From Acidilobaceae archaeon (lineage in GTDB: Archaea > Thermoproteota > Thermoprotei_A > Sulfolobales > Acidilobaceae): 32,044 nucleotides of DNA. The notes beneath the pieces are model-generated. The model had not been told where the DNA came from. It did not search any database and saw only the letters and a list, made by a program, of their open reading frames with translations. The stretch covers positions 1-32,044 of the forward strand of contig JALURD010000110.1 in assembly GCA_027057815.1 (NCBI GenBank), given 5' to 3'. This document shows positions 16,568 through 23,452 of the stretch, one piece after another (position 1 is the first letter of the stretch; every line of letters begins with the position of its first letter). The translations under genes were made by a program, and so were the position numbers.

Positions 16568-17287
16568 CTACCCCAAATACTTTTCCGCCTCCTCTATTAT
16601 CCTTGCGTATGAACTTGTCCCAATCCTAGAAGCCCCTGCGACCACAGCTTCCAGTGCGTCGATAAGCGTTCTAATGCCCCCAGCCGCCTTAACACGTATC
16701 CCATGCTTGGAAGCATACCTGGTTAGTCTAGATACCGTGACCGGATCTCCTCCCTTGCTTATTACGCCCGTGCTCGTTTTAACCATGAACGCGCCAGCGG
16801 AGGTTACAACGTCTACGACCCACTCAATTTCATCGTCAGTAAGTATCGGAGCTTCGATAATGATTTTAACCTTAGACCCATAATCGCGTGCAGTTTTAAC
16901 AGCTAATTTCACTTCACGCTCCACATACCCTTTGTCCCCGGACTTTATCCTCGAAACATCTAGAACATAATCAACCTCTTCAACTCCCGACCTGGCGAGC
17001 ACCTCCACTTCTTTAACCTTAGCCTCCAGAGGCGCATAACCGTAAGGAAAGCCTGCAACACTACAAAGCCTTACACCTCTACCCTTCGCTACGTCTACAA
17101 GCTGCACTGCATGTGAGGGAGGCACTAGAGCGCAGAAAGCCCCTGTAGAAGCTACGAAGTCTATAAGCTCCATTGAAGCGTAGATGGGCTTCGACGGATC
17201 AAGGATAGTGGCGTCTATTAACTGAGAAATTTTCGGTCTTCCAGCTAGCTCCCATAGCTTCCTCGCTAGCTCCGCGTATTTCTCCAT
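16568..17287 (-). CDS. deoC: Deoxyribose-phosphate aldolase (DERA)
   Basis: IDATILDP, KIIIE, Schiff-base lysine context FMVKTSTG, KAAGGIRT. 239 aa. Confidence 0.87.
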   Translation of the reverse strand: MEKYAELARKLWELAGRPKISQLIDATILDPSKPIYASMELIDFVASTGAFCALVPPSHAVQLVDVAKGRGVRLCSVAGFPYGYAPLEAKVKEVEVLARSGVEEVDYVLDVSRIKSGDKGYVEREVKLAVKTARDYGSKVKIIIEAPILTDDEIEWVVDVVTSAGAFMVKTSTGVISKGGDPVTVSRLTRYASKHGIRVKAAGGIRTLIDALEAVVAGASRIGTSSYARIIEEAEKYLG

Positions 17288-17363
17288 CCTACTCCCCGGG
17301 AGGATAGACCCAGGTAACTTCAGAAGTAATTAAAGGTGGATACCCTATCCATCCTTCGCTTAG

Positions 17364-17801
17364 CTAATCGGCGCCCGTTATCTCTGCAACATCTATCTCT
17401 TCGACTATACTCTTAACAATGTCCTTTATACTGACGATACCGACTAAAACTCCCCTCTCGTCAACAACCGGCAGATGCCTGAATCCATAGTAAGCCATTA
17501 TTTCTAGCGCCTTAGCTGCGCTCCAATCATCCCTCGCTACAATAGGGTTCTTGGTCATGACGTCTGAAATCTTAACCTCAGCCGGGTCCATGCCCTTAGC
17601 TACCACTTTCACTAGCAAATCTCTTTCAGTAAAAATGCCGATGGGCTTACCGTCAAACTCAACAACCACTACTGCTCCAATACCCTTTTGAGCCATCTCC
17701 CTAACAGCCATGGCGACTGTGTCGTCTCCAGTAGCCGTGACAACATCCCGTCTCATGATTGTAAATAGTGGAGGACCCTCCTCGCAGAGGAGGCCAGGCA
17801 T
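17364..17801 (-). CDS. CBS-domain pair protein
   Basis: Two CBS repeats (IMRRDVVTA...GIGAVVVV, VMTKNPIVA...FRHLPVVDERGVLVGIVSIKDI). An alternative start is at Met16 (17756). Confidence 0.85.
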   Translation of the reverse strand: MPGLLCEEGPPLFTIMRRDVVTATGDDTVAMAVREMAQKGIGAVVVVEFDGKPIGIFTERDLLVKVVAKGMDPAEVKISDVMTKNPIVARDDWSAAKALEIMAYYGFRHLPVVDERGVLVGIVSIKDIVKSIVEEIDVAEITGAD

Positions 17802-17911
17802 AGATTTTACACCACCAATATATACTTTGGATTTAAGGGTTGAAAAGGATTAACCATGCAGGCATTACTTTTACTATTGGCCAGCCAGTGGGAAACTTAA
17901 CTTGATCGGTA

Positions 17912-18736
17912 TCATTCAACGCGTCGTAACAAAGCTATGAAGCCTGTATGCCCTATCATTTGGGGCGCAGGTCTGACGGCACCCCGCTTTACCTCTATTT
18001 CTCTTAAGAGAAGCTCGTATGCACTGATGAATAACCACCCCTTTCCATCTACACGGAGAAGCTTCTCCAGCTGATTATAGGTCGGCACAAAAACTACCGC
18101 AACGCCCCCTAGCCTTACATTATCCCTCAGCGCTTCCAGAGCATCCCAAGGATCAGGCATATCAAGAAAAACAGCGTCTAAACCCTTATCCGGAACTCCT
18201 GCCTTCACATCCCCTACTCTAAGATCTACGCATTTATCCAATCCCAGTCTACGTAAATTATGGCTGGCTACTTCGACTGCATCGGGTCTAACGTCATACC
18301 CGATAACCTTCCCCTCACATCCAACCGCCGTTGCGAGTGCTGCCGTAAGGAAGCCGCTGCCCACTCCAGCCTCCAATACCTTCATTCCGGGCCCAATCCC
18401 GGATATCGCTACTATGAAACCTTGGTCTTTAGGGTAAATTACTTGCGTCAGCCTTTTGAGGCCATACGTCATTAAGTCGTAACGGTTAGGCGGGAGAACA
18501 TATGCTACTCCACGCTGGAGAGCCAGCTTCGAGCCCCATCTCACCCCGATTAGGTCATTACCGCTAACTACACCGGCGAAGGTCGAATATACGGCAGCTT
18601 CTACTGCCTTGAAGAGATACCCTCTCCTCCTCTCGCCGGAAACAACGAACAATAGTACCTCACTTCCCGGCTTTACTCTGTCCTCGGACGCCATCGGGGA
18701 TACCCCTAGTATCCAGGCGTCTCTCAACGATAGCAT
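17912..18736 (-). CDS. trmI: tRNA (adenine-N1)-methyltransferase TrmI (Gcd14 family, m1A57/58)
   Basis: RLTQVIYPKD, SAM motif VLEAGVGSGFLT, GYDVRPD, VFLDMPDPW. 274 aa. Confidence 0.85.
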   Translation of the reverse strand: MLSLRDAWILGVSPMASEDRVKPGSEVLLFVVSGERRRGYLFKAVEAAVYSTFAGVVSGNDLIGVRWGSKLALQRGVAYVLPPNRYDLMTYGLKRLTQVIYPKDQGFIVAISGIGPGMKVLEAGVGSGFLTAALATAVGCEGKVIGYDVRPDAVEVASHNLRRLGLDKCVDLRVGDVKAGVPDKGLDAVFLDMPDPWDALEALRDNVRLGGVAVVFVPTYNQLEKLLRVDGKGWLFISAYELLLREIEVKRGAVRPAPQMIGHTGFIALLRRVE

Positions 18737-18799
18737 AGTAGTTAAAGGCTGAGCCCGCTTTCAATTAAAAGGCCGCGAGAGCCCTTCACGTCCAGGCCG

Positions 18800-18821
18800 C
18801 CGCGGAGCTAGGTCTCCGCGG
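18800..18821. repeat. Perfect 8-bp hairpin CCGCGGAG-CTAGGT-CTCCGCGG, 19 nt upstream of the tmcA TTG start
   Basis: Read directly from the sequence. It lies in the divergent trmI/tmcA intergenic region. Confidence 0.6.
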
Positions 18822-18839
18822 TAACGCGGGTGGCCGTAT

Positions 18840-21314
18840 TTGGCTCGTAGCAGGGCTGAAATAGAAAGAGACGCTAAGGAGATACTTAGGAACCTGGATA
18901 GGGTGGCCGGGGTAGCTGCGCTTAAGGCTTTGAAAAAAGTCGGCAGAGCACTAAAGTATGCGATCCCGGCTCGGCATAGAGTATTGATGGTTGTTAGTGG
19001 CGGTGACCCTGCAGTAGTAGGAGCTGTAACTGCCAGGGCTATGCTATATTATGAAAGAGTCTATAGGAAGGTCGCCGGGAAAAGACCATTGGAGCTTCTC
19101 TACATGTTCCACGATGAGTTTGACGACGCTAGGCTTAGGAAGGAGATAGTTAAGAGGACTATTAAGGAAAAAGCAAGTCTGCTGCATCAGACCACTGCCA
19201 GGTACGAGGATAGCGAGAAGTACCTAGGAACCACTTTCCAAGCTTTAGTACTAGACTTAACTAATGACCTGAAACCCAACGATGTAGGCAGGCTTATAGG
19301 CGTTGTTGAAGGCGGAGGATTCATAATACTTCAAGCTCCCCCATGGGATAAGTGGGATCTCACATTAACACTATTCAAGGAGAACCTCCTTGTGCCTGGC
19401 TTCGATGAGCCCAGACACATATTTATTACATGGTTTAAGCGTAAGCTCCTAGAGCATAAACTCAACATCTACGTCTACGACTCGGACCGTGGCGTGTTAA
19501 TCAGTGGAGAACCCCTTAAAGCCGAGCCCAGGCCTAGGGAAGCAATTACTATCCCCAGTAAGAGACTATTCCCTGAAGAGGTCTACAAGCTGGCCCTCAC
19601 CAATGACCAGGTCCGTGTGATAAAAGCGCTGGAGTGGTTCTACGACAAGCCCCCTAAGGGCAAGAAGAAGGTTCTAGTCATTACGGCTGATAGAGGGAGG
19701 GGGAAGAGCTGCGCAGTAGGTATAGGGCTTATAGGTCTAGCTAAGGCGTTAAGCAAGGTTAAACATAGAGTCAGGATTATCGTTACCGCTCCTAGCTTAA
19801 GCAACGTTCAGAGCCTTATGGAGCTAGCTCTTAAGGCTGCAGAAGAGGCTGGACTTTCCCCTCGGCCAATCAAGCGTGGAGGCTTGATAATCGAGATACA
19901 AGGTAAAGGCTTCAGTCTTGAATATTGGGAGCCAGCTAACGTCCCCAGACTACAGCAAGCTGATATAGTAGCTGTCGACGAAGCCAGCGGAATCCACGTG
20001 CCACTCCTACACAAGATATGGAAGTCTCATCGTAGAATAGTCTTTGCAGCAACCATACATGGATATGAAGGAGCTGGTAGAGGCTTCAACGTCAGGTTCT
20101 TGAAGGCTGTAAAGGAGGATCCTGACACTATCCTCAAACACTTGGACATGGACGAGCCCATAAGGTACGCTAAAGATGATCCCATAGAGAAGTGGCTCTT
20201 CGACGTTCTTCTTCTAGATGCCGAGCCTGCCGAGCTGGACAAGCAGGATCTCGAAGACATACGAGAGGGGAGGTTAGAGTACCTCAAACTAGATCCTCAA
20301 TGGCTTTTCAGTCCCGAAGGTGAAGAAACTCTTAGACAACTCTTCGGCATATACGTGCTCGCTCACTACAGGAACGAGCCCGATGACTTAGGGATGCTCG
20401 CCGACGCTCCGCACCACAGCATACGCGCTGTTAGGACCGCTACCAATAAGAAGATAGTCGCTGCAGCCCAGGTGGCCGAAGAAGGCGGGCTCGACGAGGA
20501 CATGATCGATAGACTCCTAAGGGGTGATAAAATCCCAGGCAACATCATCCCGGATAGGCTCTTGAAACATGCAAGAATCAAGGATTTTGGCCGCATGAAG
20601 GGATGGAGGATAGTCAGGATAGCTACACATCCGGAGGTTCAGGGTCGAGGTATAGGTAGTAAGCTCCTTGAATACCTCTATGAGGAGAGTATAGAGAGGG
20701 GTTATGACTGGCTTGGAAGCGGCTTCGGAATAAACGAGCAGCTACTGAGATTCTGGCTCAAGAATGGGTTCACTCCCCTACACCTTAGCCCTGATAGGAA
20801 CCCCGTCAGCGGCGAGTACACCACTCTAGTTCTCAAGCCCATAACCGAGCGTGCAAAGAGGGCTGTCGAGATTGCTGCCCGAGAGTTTAAGAGGAAACTC
20901 CTCGACAGCCTCCACGATACCTACCGTGGGCTTGAGACTGAAATAGCTCTCATGTTACTCGACGCCCCTCCGCCGGGTATAGACCCGGACTACAGACCCA
21001 GATTGACCCCCATACAGCTGGATAGGCTCTGGGTCTACAACTGGGGCCCAATGACGTATGAGGCAGCCACTGACATTATCAGGGAACTCGCGAGAACTTA
21101 CTGGCTCCAAGACCCCTCTAAACGGCCGAAGCTCACAAGGGAGGAGGTGTGGATACTCACAGCCAAGGCTCTCCAGGGCAAGTCATGGGATGAAGTAGCC
21201 TCAGAGCTAGGCTGGACTCCACATAAGACCATGGTTGCAATGAAGGAGGCTAGCAGGAAAATGTCTAAGCATTATTTCAACTTGACCGAAGAATCCCCTG
21301 TAGGGATAGAGTAA
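18840..21314 (+). CDS. tmcA: tRNA/RNA cytidine N4-acetyltransferase TmcA (Nat10/Kre33 homologue)
   Basis: Walker A TADRGRGKS, DEA Walker B context, GNAT motif RIATHPEVQGRGIGSKLL. 824 aa. TTG is the first possible start after an in-frame TAA at 18822. Confidence 0.9.
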   Translation: MARSRAEIERDAKEILRNLDRVAGVAALKALKKVGRALKYAIPARHRVLMVVSGGDPAVVGAVTARAMLYYERVYRKVAGKRPLELLYMFHDEFDDARLRKEIVKRTIKEKASLLHQTTARYEDSEKYLGTTFQALVLDLTNDLKPNDVGRLIGVVEGGGFIILQAPPWDKWDLTLTLFKENLLVPGFDEPRHIFITWFKRKLLEHKLNIYVYDSDRGVLISGEPLKAEPRPREAITIPSKRLFPEEVYKLALTNDQVRVIKALEWFYDKPPKGKKKVLVITADRGRGKSCAVGIGLIGLAKALSKVKHRVRIIVTAPSLSNVQSLMELALKAAEEAGLSPRPIKRGGLIIEIQGKGFSLEYWEPANVPRLQQADIVAVDEASGIHVPLLHKIWKSHRRIVFAATIHGYEGAGRGFNVRFLKAVKEDPDTILKHLDMDEPIRYAKDDPIEKWLFDVLLLDAEPAELDKQDLEDIREGRLEYLKLDPQWLFSPEGEETLRQLFGIYVLAHYRNEPDDLGMLADAPHHSIRAVRTATNKKIVAAAQVAEEGGLDEDMIDRLLRGDKIPGNIIPDRLLKHARIKDFGRMKGWRIVRIATHPEVQGRGIGSKLLEYLYEESIERGYDWLGSGFGINEQLLRFWLKNGFTPLHLSPDRNPVSGEYTTLVLKPITERAKRAVEIAAREFKRKLLDSLHDTYRGLETEIALMLLDAPPPGIDPDYRPRLTPIQLDRLWVYNWGPMTYEAATDIIRELARTYWLQDPSKRPKLTREEVWILTAKALQGKSWDEVASELGWTPHKTMVAMKEASRKMSKHYFNLTEESPVGIE

Positions 21315-21378
21315 TCATGTGTAATGCACATCTAGATCCTAGCGACATACCTGGATCAGATTAAAAGTTAAACCCCGC

Positions 21379-21476
21379 AAAAACTCTTCACCCAGAGTGG
21401 CCCTCGCCCCGCAGACGCCCGCGGGTACCGCGGGTTGTGTGAGGCGGGGTTCCGTCGTGGCGCGCCGGATCCTCCT
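21379..21476. ncRNA. Candidate small structured RNA or structured terminator element (GC-rich imperfect hairpin); family not recognised
   Basis: In the 230-bp gap between convergent tmcA and aIF2-beta. CCCCGC(21407-12)/GCGGGG(21444-49) enclose CAGAC/GUGUG and a perfect 7-bp stem CCCGCGG-GTA-CCGCGGG (21418-21434). Local GC is about 75%. On the minus strand an AATAATAA patch (21484-21492) lies upstream and a T5 run (21379-21383) downstream. On the plus strand ATTAAAAGTTAAA lies upstream. The strand is unresolved. Confidence 0.25.
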
Positions 21477-21544
21477 CTAACCCTTATTATTACAGCAGCA
21501 ACATGAATTATATTACATTGCAGTAGCCCGTTAGGATGTAGGTA

Positions 21545-21982
21545 TTAGAATGGTTTGACTGGCTGCTCTGCTCCACACGCCTCGCAGACCAGTAGCCAAA
21601 CACGACCCTTGCGCTCGAGCCTGGTGTCAATACTGTTACAAGTAGGGCACCTGACATACATTTTTAGGAACAATTGCATGAACTGATTTATGACCCTCCT
21701 AGACACTTTGACGTTTAGCACTAGCTGGCCGCTGCCGGCATCGTATTTTCCGGCCGCTGCAAGCTCTTTTTGGAGGTACCTTGCAACTAGCTGAGGATCC
21801 CTCTTAAGCTTCATGGCTATCTCTCTAAAATTCCTGATAACGGTCTGGCTGCCTATACGTAGGATTTGAGGCTCAGGCAATTCATACTCCGCAGTACCAC
21901 TCTTTGGGGGGACCTTCTCGTATAACCGATTAAGTAGATATTCGTAGTTCCTCAGTAAATCCTTTAAATCCCCACTCATCAT
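21545..21982 (-). CDS. eif2b: Translation initiation factor aIF2 beta subunit
   Basis: eIF2-beta/eIF5 core (TVIRNFREIA..L.R.P..V.+YL..EL) and C-terminal Zn ribbon CPTCNSIDT...VCEACGA. Confidence 0.92.
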   Translation of the reverse strand: MMSGDLKDLLRNYEYLLNRLYEKVPPKSGTAEYELPEPQILRIGSQTVIRNFREIAMKLKRDPQLVARYLQKELAAAGKYDAGSGQLVLNVKVSRRVINQFMQLFLKMYVRCPTCNSIDTRLERKGRVWLLVCEACGAEQPVKPF

Positions 21983-22011
21983 GCCTCACCTTAGCCTAGT
22001 AGGAATGGAGA

Positions 22012-22040
22012 CCAGCGGGTTTATAGTCCTGACCCGCTGG
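22012..22040. promoter_or_regulatory. 9-bp inverted repeat CCAGCGGGT-N11-ACCCGCTGG enclosing the only TATA-like element (TTTATAG, 22020-22026) of the divergent aIF2-beta/L14e intergenic region
   Basis: Read directly from the sequence. The TATA centre is about 41 nt from both ATG 21982 (minus, preceded by AAGGTGAGG) and ATG 22063 (plus). Confidence 0.4.
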
Positions 22041-22062
22041 CTGGGTGGCGTGGGGGTCAGAT

Positions 22063-22356
22063 ATGCCGGCGCCGATAGAGGTTGGAAGGATCTGTGTTAA
22101 GGTGTATGGCAGGGAGGCAGGGAGGAAGTGCGTGATAGTAGACATAATTGACGAAAACTTCGTGCTGATAACGGGGCCAAAAGTTTTAACGGGAGTGAGG
22201 AGAAGACGAGCTAATATCAATCATATAGAGCCTCTTGACGTCAAGATTGACATAAGAAAAGGTGCTAGCGACGAAGAAGTGCTTGAGGCAATAACAAACT
22301 CCGGACTGACTGAATTCATGAGGGAGCGAGTTAAGCCTCAACTCAAGCCTATCTAG
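22063..22356 (+). CDS. rpl14e: 50S ribosomal protein L14e
   Basis: [41 protein letters not shown]-type motif. ATG 22063 gives about 97 aa, so the tracked 22045 start is probably too long. Confidence 0.92.
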   Translation: MPAPIEVGRICVKVYGREAGRKCVIVDIIDENFVLITGPKVLTGVRRRRANINHIEPLDVKIDIRKGASDEEVLEAITNSGLTEFMRERVKPQLKPI

Positions 22357-23075
22357 CCTTTGACCTCTATATCATCAGCCTTTACTACTTTATCGCCTAT
22401 AATGTAATATTTACCTGTTTCCCGGTATTCCTTCTTCCATATAGGCGCCTCATGCTTAACCTTCTCAACAGCTTCGTGCAATGCGGGATACACGTCCTTA
22501 CGGTGACCTCCTGCTACCGCAACTATTAACGTCAGATCGCCTGGTTTGAGCCTGCCAACGAAATGGCCTATGAAGACCCCTTTGACACCATGCTTTTTGG
22601 CTATGTATTCGGCTATTTCCTTCAACTTCCAGGTAGCGGTTCTCTCGTCATGCTCGTATTCTAGTACTTCTACTTTTTCACCCATATTTATCCCACGTAC
22701 CACCCCAACGAACAAAGCGACTGCGCCGATGTCGCTTGAGATTGATGCCAAGTCTCTTACAACAGAGTTAAGATCCAGTTGCTCGCCTTCCTTGAGAATC
22801 ACGCCTACACACTTCCCGCATGAACCTCCAGCAGATGGTGGAAATACAGTGACTTCACCCTGAGGGGTATCATCCAGCGATGCTGGCCTGCCATTTATCA
22901 ATACAAGAACGTTCCATTCAATTGCATCAAGGGCCCTTGCAAGTTTCTCGTTCTCTTTCGCTAGCCTTTCGAGGACGCATCTAACGCTGCATCCCTCTTC
23001 CACTTCGAGAACTAAGGCTTTACTTCCCACCGCATCCTTTAGGAGGCTGAAGAACCTAAATATGACTCTTGGCAT
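22353..23075 (-). CDS. moaE: Fused molybdopterin synthase: MoaD-like sulfur carrier (aa 1-84, ending FPPSAGG) plus MoaE catalytic subunit (aa ~85-240)
   Basis: The N-terminal 84 aa align with MoaD ([10 protein letters not shown]...[11 protein letters not shown]...[10 protein letters not shown]; GG codons at 22824-22829). The rest carries MoaE motifs [47 protein letters not shown]. The start overlaps the upstream stop by 1 nt (TAATG). Confidence 0.88.
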   Translation of the reverse strand: MPRVIFRFFSLLKDAVGSKALVLEVEEGCSVRCVLERLAKENEKLARALDAIEWNVLVLINGRPASLDDTPQGEVTVFPPSAGGSCGKCVGVILKEGEQLDLNSVVRDLASISSDIGAVALFVGVVRGINMGEKVEVLEYEHDERTATWKLKEIAEYIAKKHGVKGVFIGHFVGRLKPGDLTLIVAVAGGHRKDVYPALHEAVEKVKHEAPIWKKEYRETGKYYIIGDKVVKADDIEVKG

Positions 23076-23371
23076 TATATCACCTTCCGCGCGCTCTCCT
23101 TCCTTTTTCTAAGGGCTTCGCTTAGCTCTTCTAAAATTTCCCTCAAAGCACCTTTAGTGCAAGACTCATCTACCCTCTCGATGAGGAGCTTGAAGAATTT
23201 GGCTGCACATGCTTTACTGTGAAAATAGAGAGTAATACCCGATTTGTGCATTATAATTCCTTGACCGTGAGGGAACTTTCTGCCGCAGACCACGCATTCA
23301 TACATTCTACGGGGCACCGCGTTCATCACCATAATATCCAGCGACACTTTACCCTTTTTAAGGCCCAACAA
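23075..23371 (-). CDS. TRASH / ribosomal-L24e-like zinc-ribbon protein with a helical C-terminal tail (not the ribosomal protein itself)
   Basis: CVVCGRKFPHGQGIIMHKSGITLYFHSKAC equals C-x2-C-x21-H-x3-C, the L24e/TRASH spacing with His in place of the third Cys. The tracked start is TTG; ATG 23332 or 23305 is more likely. Confidence 0.6.
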   Translation of the reverse strand: MLGLKKGKVSLDIMVMNAVPRRMYECVVCGRKFPHGQGIIMHKSGITLYFHSKACAAKFFKLLIERVDESCTKGALREILEELSEALRKRKESARKVI

Positions 23372-23452
23372 CTACGGACAGGGAGGTTCAAGGAGAATAG
23401 AAGGAGGCGTAGCCCTAGAATCTTTAGGACCCCCCAGGAGGAGTGATGACTA

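Noticed and set aside
21340-21400. CTGA plus GTGAAGA on the minus strand of the tmcA/aIF2-beta gap, considered as a C/D-box sRNA. The GC-rich island was also tested as a tRNA or H/ACA RNA.
   Set aside because: The box spacing (about 25 nt) is too short and the C box is imperfect. No acceptor, T-arm or D-arm pairing could be drawn. No ACA box or K-turn follows the hairpin. The region is kept only as an unclassified ncRNA candidate.
22045-22062. Six-codon N-terminal extension of L14e (tracked start at 22045).
   Set aside because: ATG 22063 gives the canonical MPAPIEVGR start and the typical length. The extension overlaps the likely leader and Shine-Dalgarno.
23443-23449. GTGATGA (C-box-like) just upstream of lhr, considered as the start of a C/D-box sRNA.
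   Set aside because: No CTGA D box and no C'/D' pair at appropriate spacing downstream. The motif is better explained as part of the GGAGGAGTGATGA Shine-Dalgarno region 4 nt before the lhr ATG.
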